Source: Methanomassiliicoccus sp. UBA6
GTDB taxonomy: Archaea; Thermoplasmatota; Thermoplasmata; Methanomassiliicoccales; Methanomassiliicoccaceae
DNA: 64,000 nucleotides
Assembly: GCA_002508545.1 (NCBI GenBank)
Contig: DAVH01000062.1
Location: 559 to 64,558 of the forward strand
Direction: 5' to 3'
This document shows, one piece after another, positions 10,612 through 18,715 of the stretch. The notes beneath the pieces are model-generated. The model searched no databases. It was not told the origin of the DNA and saw only the letters and a list, made by a program, of their open reading frames with translations. The number at the start of each line of letters is the position of its first letter. Position 1 is the first letter of the stretch. The translations under genes were made by a program, and so were the position numbers.

Positions 10612-10950
10612 CTACTCGAGCTCGATCTTGCGGAGCCCGGCCTCGGGAGGCTGTTCCTTGGCCTCGAGATCACGGCACAGGTTGATCTGGGCATCGAGCA
10701 CCGACCGGAACAGCAGCAGGGTCTCCCGCTGAGCGGCCATGAAGTGCTTCTTGACGTCCTCGGGGATCTTGTCCCGGGGGATCATCGAGTCGATGGCCAG
10801 GATCATCTCGGTGCTCGCTCGGACCAGGTGGTCGCGGGTCTCCTTGGAGAACATGGACTCCCCCAGCTTCTCGGCCTCGAACCTGATGCGTCTCTGACGG
10901 TCCGCTTCGCTCTCGGTCCCCTGCTCAGTTCTCTCTTCGGTCTCGTCCAT
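10612..10950 (-). CDS. Hypothetical helical protein coupled to ArsA-like ATPase
   Basis: Overlaps the 3' end of the ArsA-like gene; typical coding composition; ends RKIELE. Confidence 0.7.
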   Translation of the reverse strand: MDETEERTEQGTESEADRQRRIRFEAEKLGESMFSKETRDHLVRASTEMILAIDSMIPRDKIPEDVKKHFMAAQRETLLLFRSVLDAQINLCRDLEAKEQPPEAGLRKIELE

Positions 10951-12115
10951 CCCTATCACTCCTGAACAATATCAGCAGCCGTCCGTCCTTGAACTCGGCC
11001 TTGCTCGGCTGCTTCCTCGCGAAGGTGGTCGGCAGAGATATGGACCTCCGATACTGTCCGACCTCCACCAGGAGGTTGTCCCCGGACATGTACAGGTTGA
11101 CGGTGTCCCTCATCGCGAAGGGCAGCTTCAGAGATATCACGTCCATGCCGTTGTTGGAATAAATGTCCATCGGCTTGTCGGTGGAGAAGTGGGTCACCGG
11201 GTCAAGGTCCCCGAAGACCATCTCCCCCAGCTTGTCCAGGGACCTCAGGCCGACCAGCTCGAGGGGCAGCTGGGAGGCTTTGAGCACCCTCAGGGGGTTG
11301 AACGACTCGTTGATCACCTGCATGTACTTCTGCTGCTCCTCCATCTTTTCCTTGAAGTAGCCGTTGCTGCCCTCGGGGATGAGGCGGTTGACCACCAGGC
11401 AATCCACGGTCAGGCCGTACAGGCACATGTAGGTGAACGCCCGCTTGGTCTCGTTGATGACCATCTTCTCCGGGTTCACCACCAGCCGGACGGAGGTGAT
11501 CTTCGGGTCCATGAGGATCTTCTGGACCTCCTTCATGCGCGAGCCCAGCACCTCTAGGTCCTTCAGCAGCTCGTCCGAGGGGAGGGGGGTGCTCATCACC
11601 TTCCCCACGGTGAACCTGGCGACCCGTATCATGTTCTTGATGACCCCGTAGAGGCGGTCGATGTACCAGTTCGAGACGTCGGGGAAGCTCAGCAAGCGGA
11701 GCGTCTCCCCGGTCGGGGCGGTGTCCATCACGATGACGTCGTAGGCGTTCCGCTGGTAGAAGTCGTCGATGTAGAAGAGCGCGGACATCAGCTCCATTCC
11801 CGGCAGCACGGCCATCTCCTTGGATGTGACCCCGTCCATCCCCTGTGACATGAAGAAATCGGATACGTACTTCTGGATCTCCTTCCAGCGGGTCTCCAGC
11901 TCATGGAGCATGTCGATCTCGATCGCATCCAGGTTCGGTTCCACCTTGGTAATGCTCCCCGAGAGGGGCATCTCAAGAGAATCGGCCACCGAATGCGCGG
12001 CATCGGTGGACATAAGCAGCGTTCTGTAGCCCAATCGGGCGGTTCGCAGGGCGGTGGCGGCGGCGACGGAGGTCTTGCCGACGCCACCCTTCCCAGTATA
12101 GATTATCAACCTCAA
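10925..12115 (-). CDS. ArsA/GET3-family ATPase with C-terminal HSP20-like domain
   Basis: GKGGVGKT, STDAAHS, DTAPTGET; C-terminal RRSISLP...AEFKDGRLLILF alpha-crystallin-like tail. Confidence 0.9.
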   Translation of the reverse strand: MRLIIYTGKGGVGKTSVAAATALRTARLGYRTLLMSTDAAHSVADSLEMPLSGSITKVEPNLDAIEIDMLHELETRWKEIQKYVSDFFMSQGMDGVTSKEMAVLPGMELMSALFYIDDFYQRNAYDVIVMDTAPTGETLRLLSFPDVSNWYIDRLYGVIKNMIRVARFTVGKVMSTPLPSDELLKDLEVLGSRMKEVQKILMDPKITSVRLVVNPEKMVINETKRAFTYMCLYGLTVDCLVVNRLIPEGSNGYFKEKMEEQQKYMQVINESFNPLRVLKASQLPLELVGLRSLDKLGEMVFGDLDPVTHFSTDKPMDIYSNNGMDVISLKLPFAMRDTVNLYMSGDNLLVEVGQYRRSISLPTTFARKQPSKAEFKDGRLLILFRSDRDGRDRREN

Positions 12116-12196
12116 CGCTTCACCGAACTTATCCTATCTTAGTCCATATACTTGAAGGATATGTACGGAAGGCAGCTTGGCCATACAAATGATTTG

Positions 12197-12215
12197 AAAA
12201 AGGGGCTTTCGCCCC
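12197..12215 (-). terminator. GC hairpin plus oligo-T downstream of rps3ae-tRNA-Met
   Basis: Minus strand GGGGC-GAAA-GCCCC-TTTTT. Confidence 0.6.
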
Positions 12216-12229
12216 GTGGTGAAGGTTAG

Positions 12230-12333
12230 TGCCGGGGATGGGCTTTGAACCCATGACCTACGGATTTCTCGGGACCCGGCGCAGGGCCAGGACCTTATGA
12301 GTCCGTCGCTCCACCAGGCTGAGCCACCCCGGC
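12230..12333 (-). tRNA. tRNA-Met(CAT), elongator type, with 30-nt intron at 37/38 (intron 12266-12295)
   Basis: GCCGGGGTGGCTCAGCCTGGTGGAGCGACGGACTCATA[intron]ATCCGTAGGTCATGGGTTCAAAGCCCATCCCCGGCA; bulge-helix-bulge-like junction. Confidence 0.9.
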
Positions 12334-12344
12334 ATTGTTCAGTT

Positions 12345-13118
12345 TTATTCCGCGCTCTCTTCCGGGGTCTCCTCGGATTCCTCGGATTCCTCGGAAACCT
12401 CTTCCTCCGCCGGGGACTCTTCCTCCGCGGAGGCCTCGGCCGCCTCGGCCTCGGCGGCCGCCTGCTGCGCCGCAGCTTCCTGGCCGAACCTCTCCTGGAT
12501 GCTCGGCTCGTCCGCGGCCGCGGTGCCGGCCTCGAGGACCTCGCTCCGGCGGACCTCGATCCTCTTGATGGGGATGATGACCTTCGCCGCATTGGAGAGG
12601 TCCTTGGACAGGTCACCGGTGATGATCGCCTTCACCAGCTCAGAGACGGTCATGTTGGCCGCGAGGTCGGTGAGGGTGCTGGACATGATGTTCCTGATGG
12701 CGGTCTCCTGGGCAGCCTGGATGCGCTGCTCGGTGATGCTCATCGGCTTGATGCGGACCTTGAAGCCGTCCTTGGTGCGGACATCCACCACATGGTCGGT
12801 CTTGGTCCTCTTCCTCCTGGTCAGCCTGCGGACGTAGTCGCTGGTCAGCTCGTGCCCGACGAAGGAGGTGTGGGCCTCGAGGCCGCGAATGTCGTTGACG
12901 CTGAAGCGGATCTTGATGTGCATCTTGGAGAAGTCACCGGTCAGCTCATGGACGGTGACCTCGGTGATCCTACCCATCAGTGCAGCGGGGTCGGAGCTGG
13001 GGGTCTCGCCGAGCTCCACCTGGTTGAACATCCGGGGAGCATATAGCTTGTACCACTCCTTTGCCTTCCACTTGTCCTTGACCTTCCGCGCTGCCGTCTT
13101 CGCCTTCTTAACCGCCAT
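12345..13118 (-). CDS. rps3ae: 30S ribosomal protein S3Ae (eS1) with acidic C-terminal tail
   Basis: KDKWKAKEWYKLYAPRMF, GHELTSDYVRRL, PIKRIEVRRSEV; GGAGG RBS. Confidence 0.96.
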   Translation of the reverse strand: MAVKKAKTAARKVKDKWKAKEWYKLYAPRMFNQVELGETPSSDPAALMGRITEVTVHELTGDFSKMHIKIRFSVNDIRGLEAHTSFVGHELTSDYVRRLTRRKRTKTDHVVDVRTKDGFKVRIKPMSITEQRIQAAQETAIRNIMSSTLTDLAANMTVSELVKAIITGDLSKDLSNAAKVIIPIKRIEVRRSEVLEAGTAAADEPSIQERFGQEAAAQQAAAEAEAAEASAEEESPAEEEVSEESEESEETPEESAE

Positions 13119-13203
13119 GAGTAAACCTCCGTGATCGTGCAGCGGTCCACAACATCGTGGGGCCGTCATGCTCGGGTGAACGGGATAAAGGTCGAAGGTA
13201 CCA

Positions 13204-13220
13204 CTTATATAAAAACTTTC
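13204..13220 (-). promoter_or_regulatory. Archaeal BRE/TATA promoter for rps3ae
   Basis: Minus strand GAAAG-TTTTTATATAAG upstream of the gene. Confidence 0.6.
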
Positions 13221-13338
13221 GCGTCCCCGGGCAGGGGCGCCCCTTTTTCGCCGATAATGGAAACTTACCCTTCATGACCTGGCGAACGCATCGTTCGGTT
13301 CGGGGTTCCCGATCGGCGGGCTGATCACTGCTTTGCTT

Positions 13339-13599
13339 TCACGCCTTCTTCGCTACCGCCTTCTTCGGAGCAGCGGCCTTCTTCGGCGCGGCGGTCTTCT
13401 TGGCGACCGGCTTCGCGACGGGCTTGGCGGCAACCTTCTTCGCTGCGGGCTTTGCCTCGGCCTTCTTAGGGGCGGCGGCCTTCTTCGGCGCGGCGACCTT
13501 CTTGGCGACCGGCTTCGCGGCGGTCTTCTTCACGGTGGCGGTGCTGACCTTGCCCTTCGCGGCGGGCTTGGCAGCCTTCGTTGTGGTTTTCGTAGGCAT
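13339..13599 (-). CDS. Histone H1-like Lys/Ala/Pro-rich small basic protein
   Basis: 86 aa of KKVAAPKKAAAPKK/AKPVAK repeats, only one acidic residue; AAG/GCC codon bias; AT-rich upstream region. Confidence 0.75.
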   Translation of the reverse strand: MPTKTTTKAAKPAAKGKVSTATVKKTAAKPVAKKVAAPKKAAAPKKAEAKPAAKKVAAKPVAKPVAKKTAAPKKAAAPKKAVAKKA

Positions 13600-13796
13600 T
13601 TTTATCTGGGGCAGGACATCACACTACCTATTGAAGTTCTTTTCTATTTGCATCGAAAATTAATACCGTTAAGGATGCTGGTCGTGAACAATTATTTGAT
13701 TTATCGAATCATAGATTTCATGCTGGCCCCTTTTGACGATGCCAGATTATTATAAGAAAAAGTCATAATAATTTAAAAATGATGAAAAAATTGAGG

Positions 13797-13816
13797 AAAA
13801 GGGAGGTTTTACCTCC
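13797..13816 (-). terminator. Hairpin plus T-rich tract after hdrB
   Basis: Minus strand GGAGGT-AAA-ACCTCC-CTTTT followed by further T-runs. Confidence 0.55.
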
Positions 13817-13825
13817 GTTAATCCA

Positions 13826-14677
13826 TCAGATCTTCGCTGGAAGTTCCTGGAGCTCGAGCCCCAGCCTCTCCTTGGGGACGCCCATTGCTAGGCCGTACAG
13901 CTGGGCCAGGTGGATGACCGGGATATCGTAGCCCTTGACATCCTTCTGGGTCCTGTCGAACTGAAGGTGGCAGAACGGACACACGTCGATGATGAACTGC
14001 GCGCCGACCGACTTCATGTTCTTCAGCTTCTCCTCGGTGAACTTGGTAGCGAGGGCAGGGTTCCCGGAGCGGACGCCGCCACCGGCGCCGCAGCACATCA
14101 TCTTGTCCTTGTAGTCGACGCTCTTGGCGCCGGTGACCTCGACCAGCTCGTCGAGCAGCTTGGGGCGCTCGGGATCGTCGAGCTCCTTGATGTTGCTGGG
14201 CTTGAGGAAGTGGCAGCCGTAGTGGACCGCGACCTTGAGGTCCAGGGGGTTCTTGATGTGGGACTTCAGGTGGTCTAGGCCGATCTCCTTGTAGAAGACC
14301 TCGGCGAAGTGGTGGACCTTGACGTCCCCGTTGTACTCCAGACCGACCTCGCGCAGGATCTTGTTGACCGCGCGGAGCTTCTCAGGGTCGTTGTGGAGCA
14401 CATGGGCGGCCTCGAACAGAGAGCCGTAGCAGCCGTTGCAGATGGTGAGGATGTCGGCGCCCTTGTTCTGGGCCAGGGCGAGGTTCCTCGCGGCGATGGC
14501 CAGCCATGCATCCTGCTCGAAGGACTTGATCACACCGGGGGCGGGGCAGCAGCCGGCGCCCTCCAGCTCCACGATCTCCATCCCCAGTTCTTTGCAGACC
14601 TCACGGGTGGAGGACTCAATGCCCGGGTACCTGGCAGGAGCCACGCAGCCGAGGAACAGAGCGTACTTCTTAGCCAT
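13826..14677 (-). CDS. hdrB: CoB-CoM heterodisulfide reductase subunit B
   Basis: Two CCG domains (LFLGC...GCCPAP...CNGC; HYGCH...CCGAGGG...CPFC). Confidence 0.95.
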   Translation of the reverse strand: MAKKYALFLGCVAPARYPGIESSTREVCKELGMEIVELEGAGCCPAPGVIKSFEQDAWLAIAARNLALAQNKGADILTICNGCYGSLFEAAHVLHNDPEKLRAVNKILREVGLEYNGDVKVHHFAEVFYKEIGLDHLKSHIKNPLDLKVAVHYGCHFLKPSNIKELDDPERPKLLDELVEVTGAKSVDYKDKMMCCGAGGGVRSGNPALATKFTEEKLKNMKSVGAQFIIDVCPFCHLQFDRTQKDVKGYDIPVIHLAQLYGLAMGVPKERLGLELQELPAKI

Positions 14678-14678
14678 T

Positions 14679-15191
14679 TCAAGCACCTCCGATGAGCTTG
14701 TCGAAGCCAGTGGCCTTCAGGACCTTCTGGAAGTCTTCCAGGGCCTTCTTGTCGCCCAGGGTGTTCACCGGGCGGCGGGACAGACCCAGCTTCTCGCGGG
14801 CTTCCTCGTACTTGGGGCTCAGGGGGATGGTGGCACCGTTGGCAAGGAGATACTGCCCGACCTTGCGGTGCTCCTCGGTCATGACGCCCTCCTTTACCGC
14901 CATGTTCCTCAGGATGGTGATGATGTCCACGATCTCGACCCCACGGGGGCAGCGCTCCATGCAGGTGTAGCAGGTAGTGCAGGCCCACAGGTCGGGGGAC
15001 TTCAGGACGTCCTCCTTCAGACCCAGCTGGGCCTTGCGGATGAGCTTCCTGGTCCGGTACGAGGTCATGCGCCCGGAGGGGCAGCTGGCAGTGCAGGTAC
15101 CGCACTGGAAGCAGAGCATCAAGCTCTCGCCGCCGTGCTGCTTCTGCACGGCCTCAGCGAACTCTGGACTCGGTTCCTTGGGAGATGACAA
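14679..15191 (-). CDS. hdrC: CoB-CoM heterodisulfide reductase subunit C
   Basis: CFQCGTCTASCP and WACTTCYTCMERCPRGV; directly upstream of hdrB; TTG start. Confidence 0.95.
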   Translation of the reverse strand: MSSPKEPSPEFAEAVQKQHGGESLMLCFQCGTCTASCPSGRMTSYRTRKLIRKAQLGLKEDVLKSPDLWACTTCYTCMERCPRGVEIVDIITILRNMAVKEGVMTEEHRKVGQYLLANGATIPLSPKYEEAREKLGLSRRPVNTLGDKKALEDFQKVLKATGFDKLIGGA

Positions 15192-15269
15192 TTATTTCAC
15201 CTTGGTTCGATGATGGTCGGACGTTATTTAAACTTATAGAAAAATGGGCACGTGTATAACCTAAAAAGG

Positions 15270-16094
15270 TTATACTCTGTGGCCTACTTTCCTCAGCGCC
15301 GACACCAGCTTGCGCACCTGAGGCGTCTCCTTGCGGTACACCGCGTTAATCTGATGGGTCAGCTTGGCCGGGTCGGTATCGCTCCTCACCTTCAGCCCCC
15401 TTCTCAGGGCAAGGGACTCGTTGATGAAGAACGAGAGGCCGGAGGCGAGCATCATCTCCGGCGACCGGAAGTGGCGGACGATCTCGTGCTCGGTCCCGGC
15501 GCTCTCCAGGTGCCGGAACCCGATCCTCTGCGCCCCGTATGCCCACCGGGCGTAGCGGGGCCCGCGGTCCACGTGCAGCAGGCGGTCGGTCGCGACCTCC
15601 TGCCATTCCACGCCATCCAGGTCGAAGAGGTACAGGGGGTCGTCCAGGACCACCAGGTCCATCAGCCCCGCCCGGAAGTCCTTGAGGTTGCGCTGGTCAT
15701 CGGAGATTATCAGGTCGCACCCTCCCTCGTGGTCGGCCGCGGTCATCGCCCTTAGGAGCATTTCCTCGGTGATCACCGTGCCCCCGACGACGGTCCCCGC
15801 GGCCGGGGCCACCCGTTTGCTGAGGGCGATGTACTCGAGGGCGATGCGCTCGCCCTCCTCGTTCAAGGTCGTCCCCCGGGGGGTGGTGACCAGCAGCCCG
15901 GTCCCGGCCTTGGCCTCGATCTGCCCAAGGTACCGGTTCAGCACCGGGACGGCGATGCCCAGGCGGGCCGCGGCCCGGTTCTGGCTGCCTTCCTCGTACA
16001 CCGCCTGGAGGACCTCCAGCTGGCGGGTGGTTAGCGTCGCCTTCCCCACTTTGAGAGCGATCGCGGGCTCCAGCCTCAGTTCTCGGGACGGCAT
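15270..16094 (-). CDS. LysR/ModE-like HTH transcriptional regulator
   Basis: LTTRQLEVLQAVYEEGSQNRAAARLGI...GTTLNEEG HTH followed by substrate-binding-like domain. Confidence 0.8.
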   Translation of the reverse strand: MPSRELRLEPAIALKVGKATLTTRQLEVLQAVYEEGSQNRAAARLGIAVPVLNRYLGQIEAKAGTGLLVTTPRGTTLNEEGERIALEYIALSKRVAPAAGTVVGGTVITEEMLLRAMTAADHEGGCDLIISDDQRNLKDFRAGLMDLVVLDDPLYLFDLDGVEWQEVATDRLLHVDRGPRYARWAYGAQRIGFRHLESAGTEHEIVRHFRSPEMMLASGLSFFINESLALRRGLKVRSDTDPAKLTHQINAVYRKETPQVRKLVSALRKVGHRV

Positions 16095-16190
16095 CCTCCT
16101 GCGGATGGTCGGGCAGGGATATGAAATCAGCCGAGCTTCCGGGCATAATTGGCGAAACCTTTTCTAGCTCCCTCTTGTTGGGCGAGGAGG

Positions 16191-16655
16191 ATGAAGAACC
16201 GAACGCTTGTCCTTGGCATAGGCAGTCCGATCATGTGCGACGACGCCATCGGCCTGAGGGTCCTGCAGGAGCTGCACAAGAAGGGGGTCCAGGGCGTGGA
16301 CCTCGAGGAGGCTTGCGCGAGCGGGCTGGACCTCATCGAGATCATGCTCGATCACGAGGTTGTCATCGTGGTCGATGCGATCATCAAGTCGGGCCAGCCG
16401 GCGGGCACGATCATGGTGCTGTCCCCGGAGGACTTCAGCGACACCGTGCACGGCACCAACCCCCACGAGGCGAACGTGGCCACGACCATCGAGCTCGGGA
16501 GGACGCTGGAGCCGGAGAGGTTCCCCAAGAAGGTCCTCTTCGTGGCGGTGGAGGCGAATGATGTGTTCACCGTCAGCGAGCAGATGACCCCCGAGGTGGA
16601 GGCCGCCCTGAGCAAGGCGGTGGACAAGGTCCTCGAGCTCATCGCCGAGAACTGA
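16191..16655 (+). CDS. Hydrogenase maturation protease (HycI/HybD family)
   Basis: VLGIGSPIMCDDAIG, VIVVDA, NPHE, MTPEVEAA. Confidence 0.92.
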   Translation: MKNRTLVLGIGSPIMCDDAIGLRVLQELHKKGVQGVDLEEACASGLDLIEIMLDHEVVIVVDAIIKSGQPAGTIMVLSPEDFSDTVHGTNPHEANVATTIELGRTLEPERFPKKVLFVAVEANDVFTVSEQMTPEVEAALSKAVDKVLELIAEN

Positions 16656-17930
16656 TCAGAAGTCCAGGTCCGCGAGGTTCTTCGCCTGGCCCTCGCTCTC
16701 GGCCTTGGGCGCGTGCATGGCGACCGCCAGCTTTTCCCGCACCAGCAGCCTCTCGGCGGCCTTGAGGACGTCCTCCTCGGTGACCATGTCCATCCTCCGG
16801 AGCGTTTCCTCCGGCGTGATCGCCTCGCCGCTGGCCATGAACATCTCCCCCAGGCGCACCATCCTGGCCTCGGTGCTCTCCAGCCTGCGGACGTAAGCGC
16901 CCTTCAGGAGATGCTTGGACCTCTTCAGCTCATCCTTCTCCAGCCCCTCGGACTTCAGCCGGCCGATCTCCTTGGCCACCAGCCGGGCCACCTTCTCCTG
17001 GTCCTTCACCGCGGTGTTGTAGAACACGGCCAGGGAGCCGCAGTCGGTGTAGCTCCCCGAGGAGGCGTAGATCTCATAGACCAGGCCGGAACGCTCCCTT
17101 ATCTCCTGGAACAGGCGGCACGAGGTGCCCATGCCCAGCACCGAGGAGAGCATCCTCTGGGCGAACCGGTCGGGGTCCACGGCGCTCAGTCCGGGGAACC
17201 CCATCCCGACGTAGGCCTGCTTGTCATCCCGGGGAAAGACCCTGAACCCGGCGGCGGGCTTCGGCGCGCTGCGGTCCCTGGAGCGGGGACGGGGCTCGAG
17301 GCCGTCGAACGTCCGCGAAGCCCACTCCATGACCTGCTGCCGGTCCACGTTGCCGACCGCCAGGACGGCCATGTGAGGAGGCCGGTAGTGCTCCTGGAAG
17401 AATGCGCGGATGCCCTGCTCGGTGAGCGCGGATACGGTGGCCACCGAGCCGGCCTCCGAACGACCCATGGGGTGCTTGCCCCACAGGGCCTCGTTGAACA
17501 GGACGTGGATGTAGTCGTCGGGGTCGTTCTCCAGCATCCTGATCTCCTGGATCACCACGTTCTTCTCCGTCACCAAGCATTCCTTGGACAGCATGGGGTT
17601 GAGCACCATGTCCGCCAGTATGCGCTCGGCCACTTCCGCGGTCTCGTCAAGGGCGTAGGCCTGGTAGGTGGTGACCTCCTTGGTGGTGTACCCGTTCTGC
17701 TCCCCCCCGGCCGCCTCGATCTCCTCGGCCATCTGCCTGGCGGTGCGGTTCTCGGTGCCCTTGAACAGCATATGCTCGAGCATGTGGGCGATCCCCGCCT
17801 CATCGTCGGTCTCGTCGCGGGAGCCCGTCCCGAAGTACGTGGAGAAGGACGCGGAATGAGTGGAAGGGAGGCATTCGACGATCACTGGAATGCCTCCAGA
17901 AGTGTGCAGCACCTCGATCCTGTCGGTCAT
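16656..17930 (-). CDS. M16 (pitrilysin) family zinc peptidase
   Basis: GIAHMLEHMLFKGT inverted zincin HxxEH; RLFQEIRERSGLVY. Confidence 0.93.
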   Translation of the reverse strand: MTDRIEVLHTSGGIPVIVECLPSTHSASFSTYFGTGSRDETDDEAGIAHMLEHMLFKGTENRTARQMAEEIEAAGGEQNGYTTKEVTTYQAYALDETAEVAERILADMVLNPMLSKECLVTEKNVVIQEIRMLENDPDDYIHVLFNEALWGKHPMGRSEAGSVATVSALTEQGIRAFFQEHYRPPHMAVLAVGNVDRQQVMEWASRTFDGLEPRPRSRDRSAPKPAAGFRVFPRDDKQAYVGMGFPGLSAVDPDRFAQRMLSSVLGMGTSCRLFQEIRERSGLVYEIYASSGSYTDCGSLAVFYNTAVKDQEKVARLVAKEIGRLKSEGLEKDELKRSKHLLKGAYVRRLESTEARMVRLGEMFMASGEAITPEETLRRMDMVTEEDVLKAAERLLVREKLAVAMHAPKAESEGQAKNLADLDF

Positions 17931-18188
17931 GTGCGTTCATGGATTTCCCGATGCCATATTACTTTGCATATCCCTCTCGGGGCCGCCTCGGTGACGGCGG
18001 GAGCATGTCGGCGCCCTGCCGAGAGGACGGGACCGGGCGACGGCAGGTGTGCGGAGGCGGGCCTAAGGGGCCACGGGGGCGGGAGAATTTCGGCGCCGGA
18101 GAACGATCGCCGAGGTCAGGTTGGTTTTTTCCAGACTAATTTCCAGCCAAATATTATATAGAGACATGCCGATTCTTTTCGGCCTGCC

Positions 18189-18701
18189 ATGGAGAAGAAA
18201 CAAATTATCAAGAAAATTTGCCTCCTTGGGGATGGTGGAGTCGGAAAGACGAGCCTGATAGGCAGGTACGTCCTCAATTGTTTCAGCGACGATTACATCG
18301 TGAGCTTTGGTACCAAGGTCTCCAAGAAGGTCATCGACTACGATGAGGTGCAGCTCACGCTCATGATCTGGGATATCCTCGGGCAGAAGTCCCAGAAGGC
18401 CCTCCACGGCGCGTATTACAACGGAGCTAACGGCGTCCTCCTGGTGTGCGACAACACCAGGCCGGAGACGCTGCTGAACCTGCCGGAGTGGAAGCAGGAC
18501 CTAGAGAAGGTCGTCGGACCGGTGCCGATAGTGCCCATCATCAACAAGACCGACCTCCCGTCCGCGCTGGGCACCGAGGACCTGGCCGCGGTGCGTGAGG
18601 CCATGGGCGCGGACTTCCTCCTAACCAGCGCCAAGACGGGTACCGGGGTGCAGGAGGCGTTCGAGCGGCTCGGCCGCCAGATCCTGGGGGTGCCGTCCTG
18701 A
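18189..18701 (+). CDS. Rab/Roc-like small GTPase
   Basis: G1 GDGGVGKT, G3 IWDILGQ, G4 NKTD, G5 TSAKTG; no C-terminal Cys. Confidence 0.92.
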   Translation: MEKKQIIKKICLLGDGGVGKTSLIGRYVLNCFSDDYIVSFGTKVSKKVIDYDEVQLTLMIWDILGQKSQKALHGAYYNGANGVLLVCDNTRPETLLNLPEWKQDLEKVVGPVPIVPIINKTDLPSALGTEDLAAVREAMGADFLLTSAKTGTGVQEAFERLGRQILGVPS

Positions 18702-18715
18702 ACCCGTTCTTCGTC

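Noticed and set aside
13339..13599. Repeats as a possible CRISPR array or DNA tandem repeat
   Set aside because: Repeats are in-frame, degenerate at third codon positions and have no unique spacers; they are coding low-complexity sequence. No CRISPR array or cas gene was seen in the window.
13826..15191. hdrBC without hdrA as an anomaly
   Set aside because: Separate hdrA and hdrBC loci are common in methanogens.
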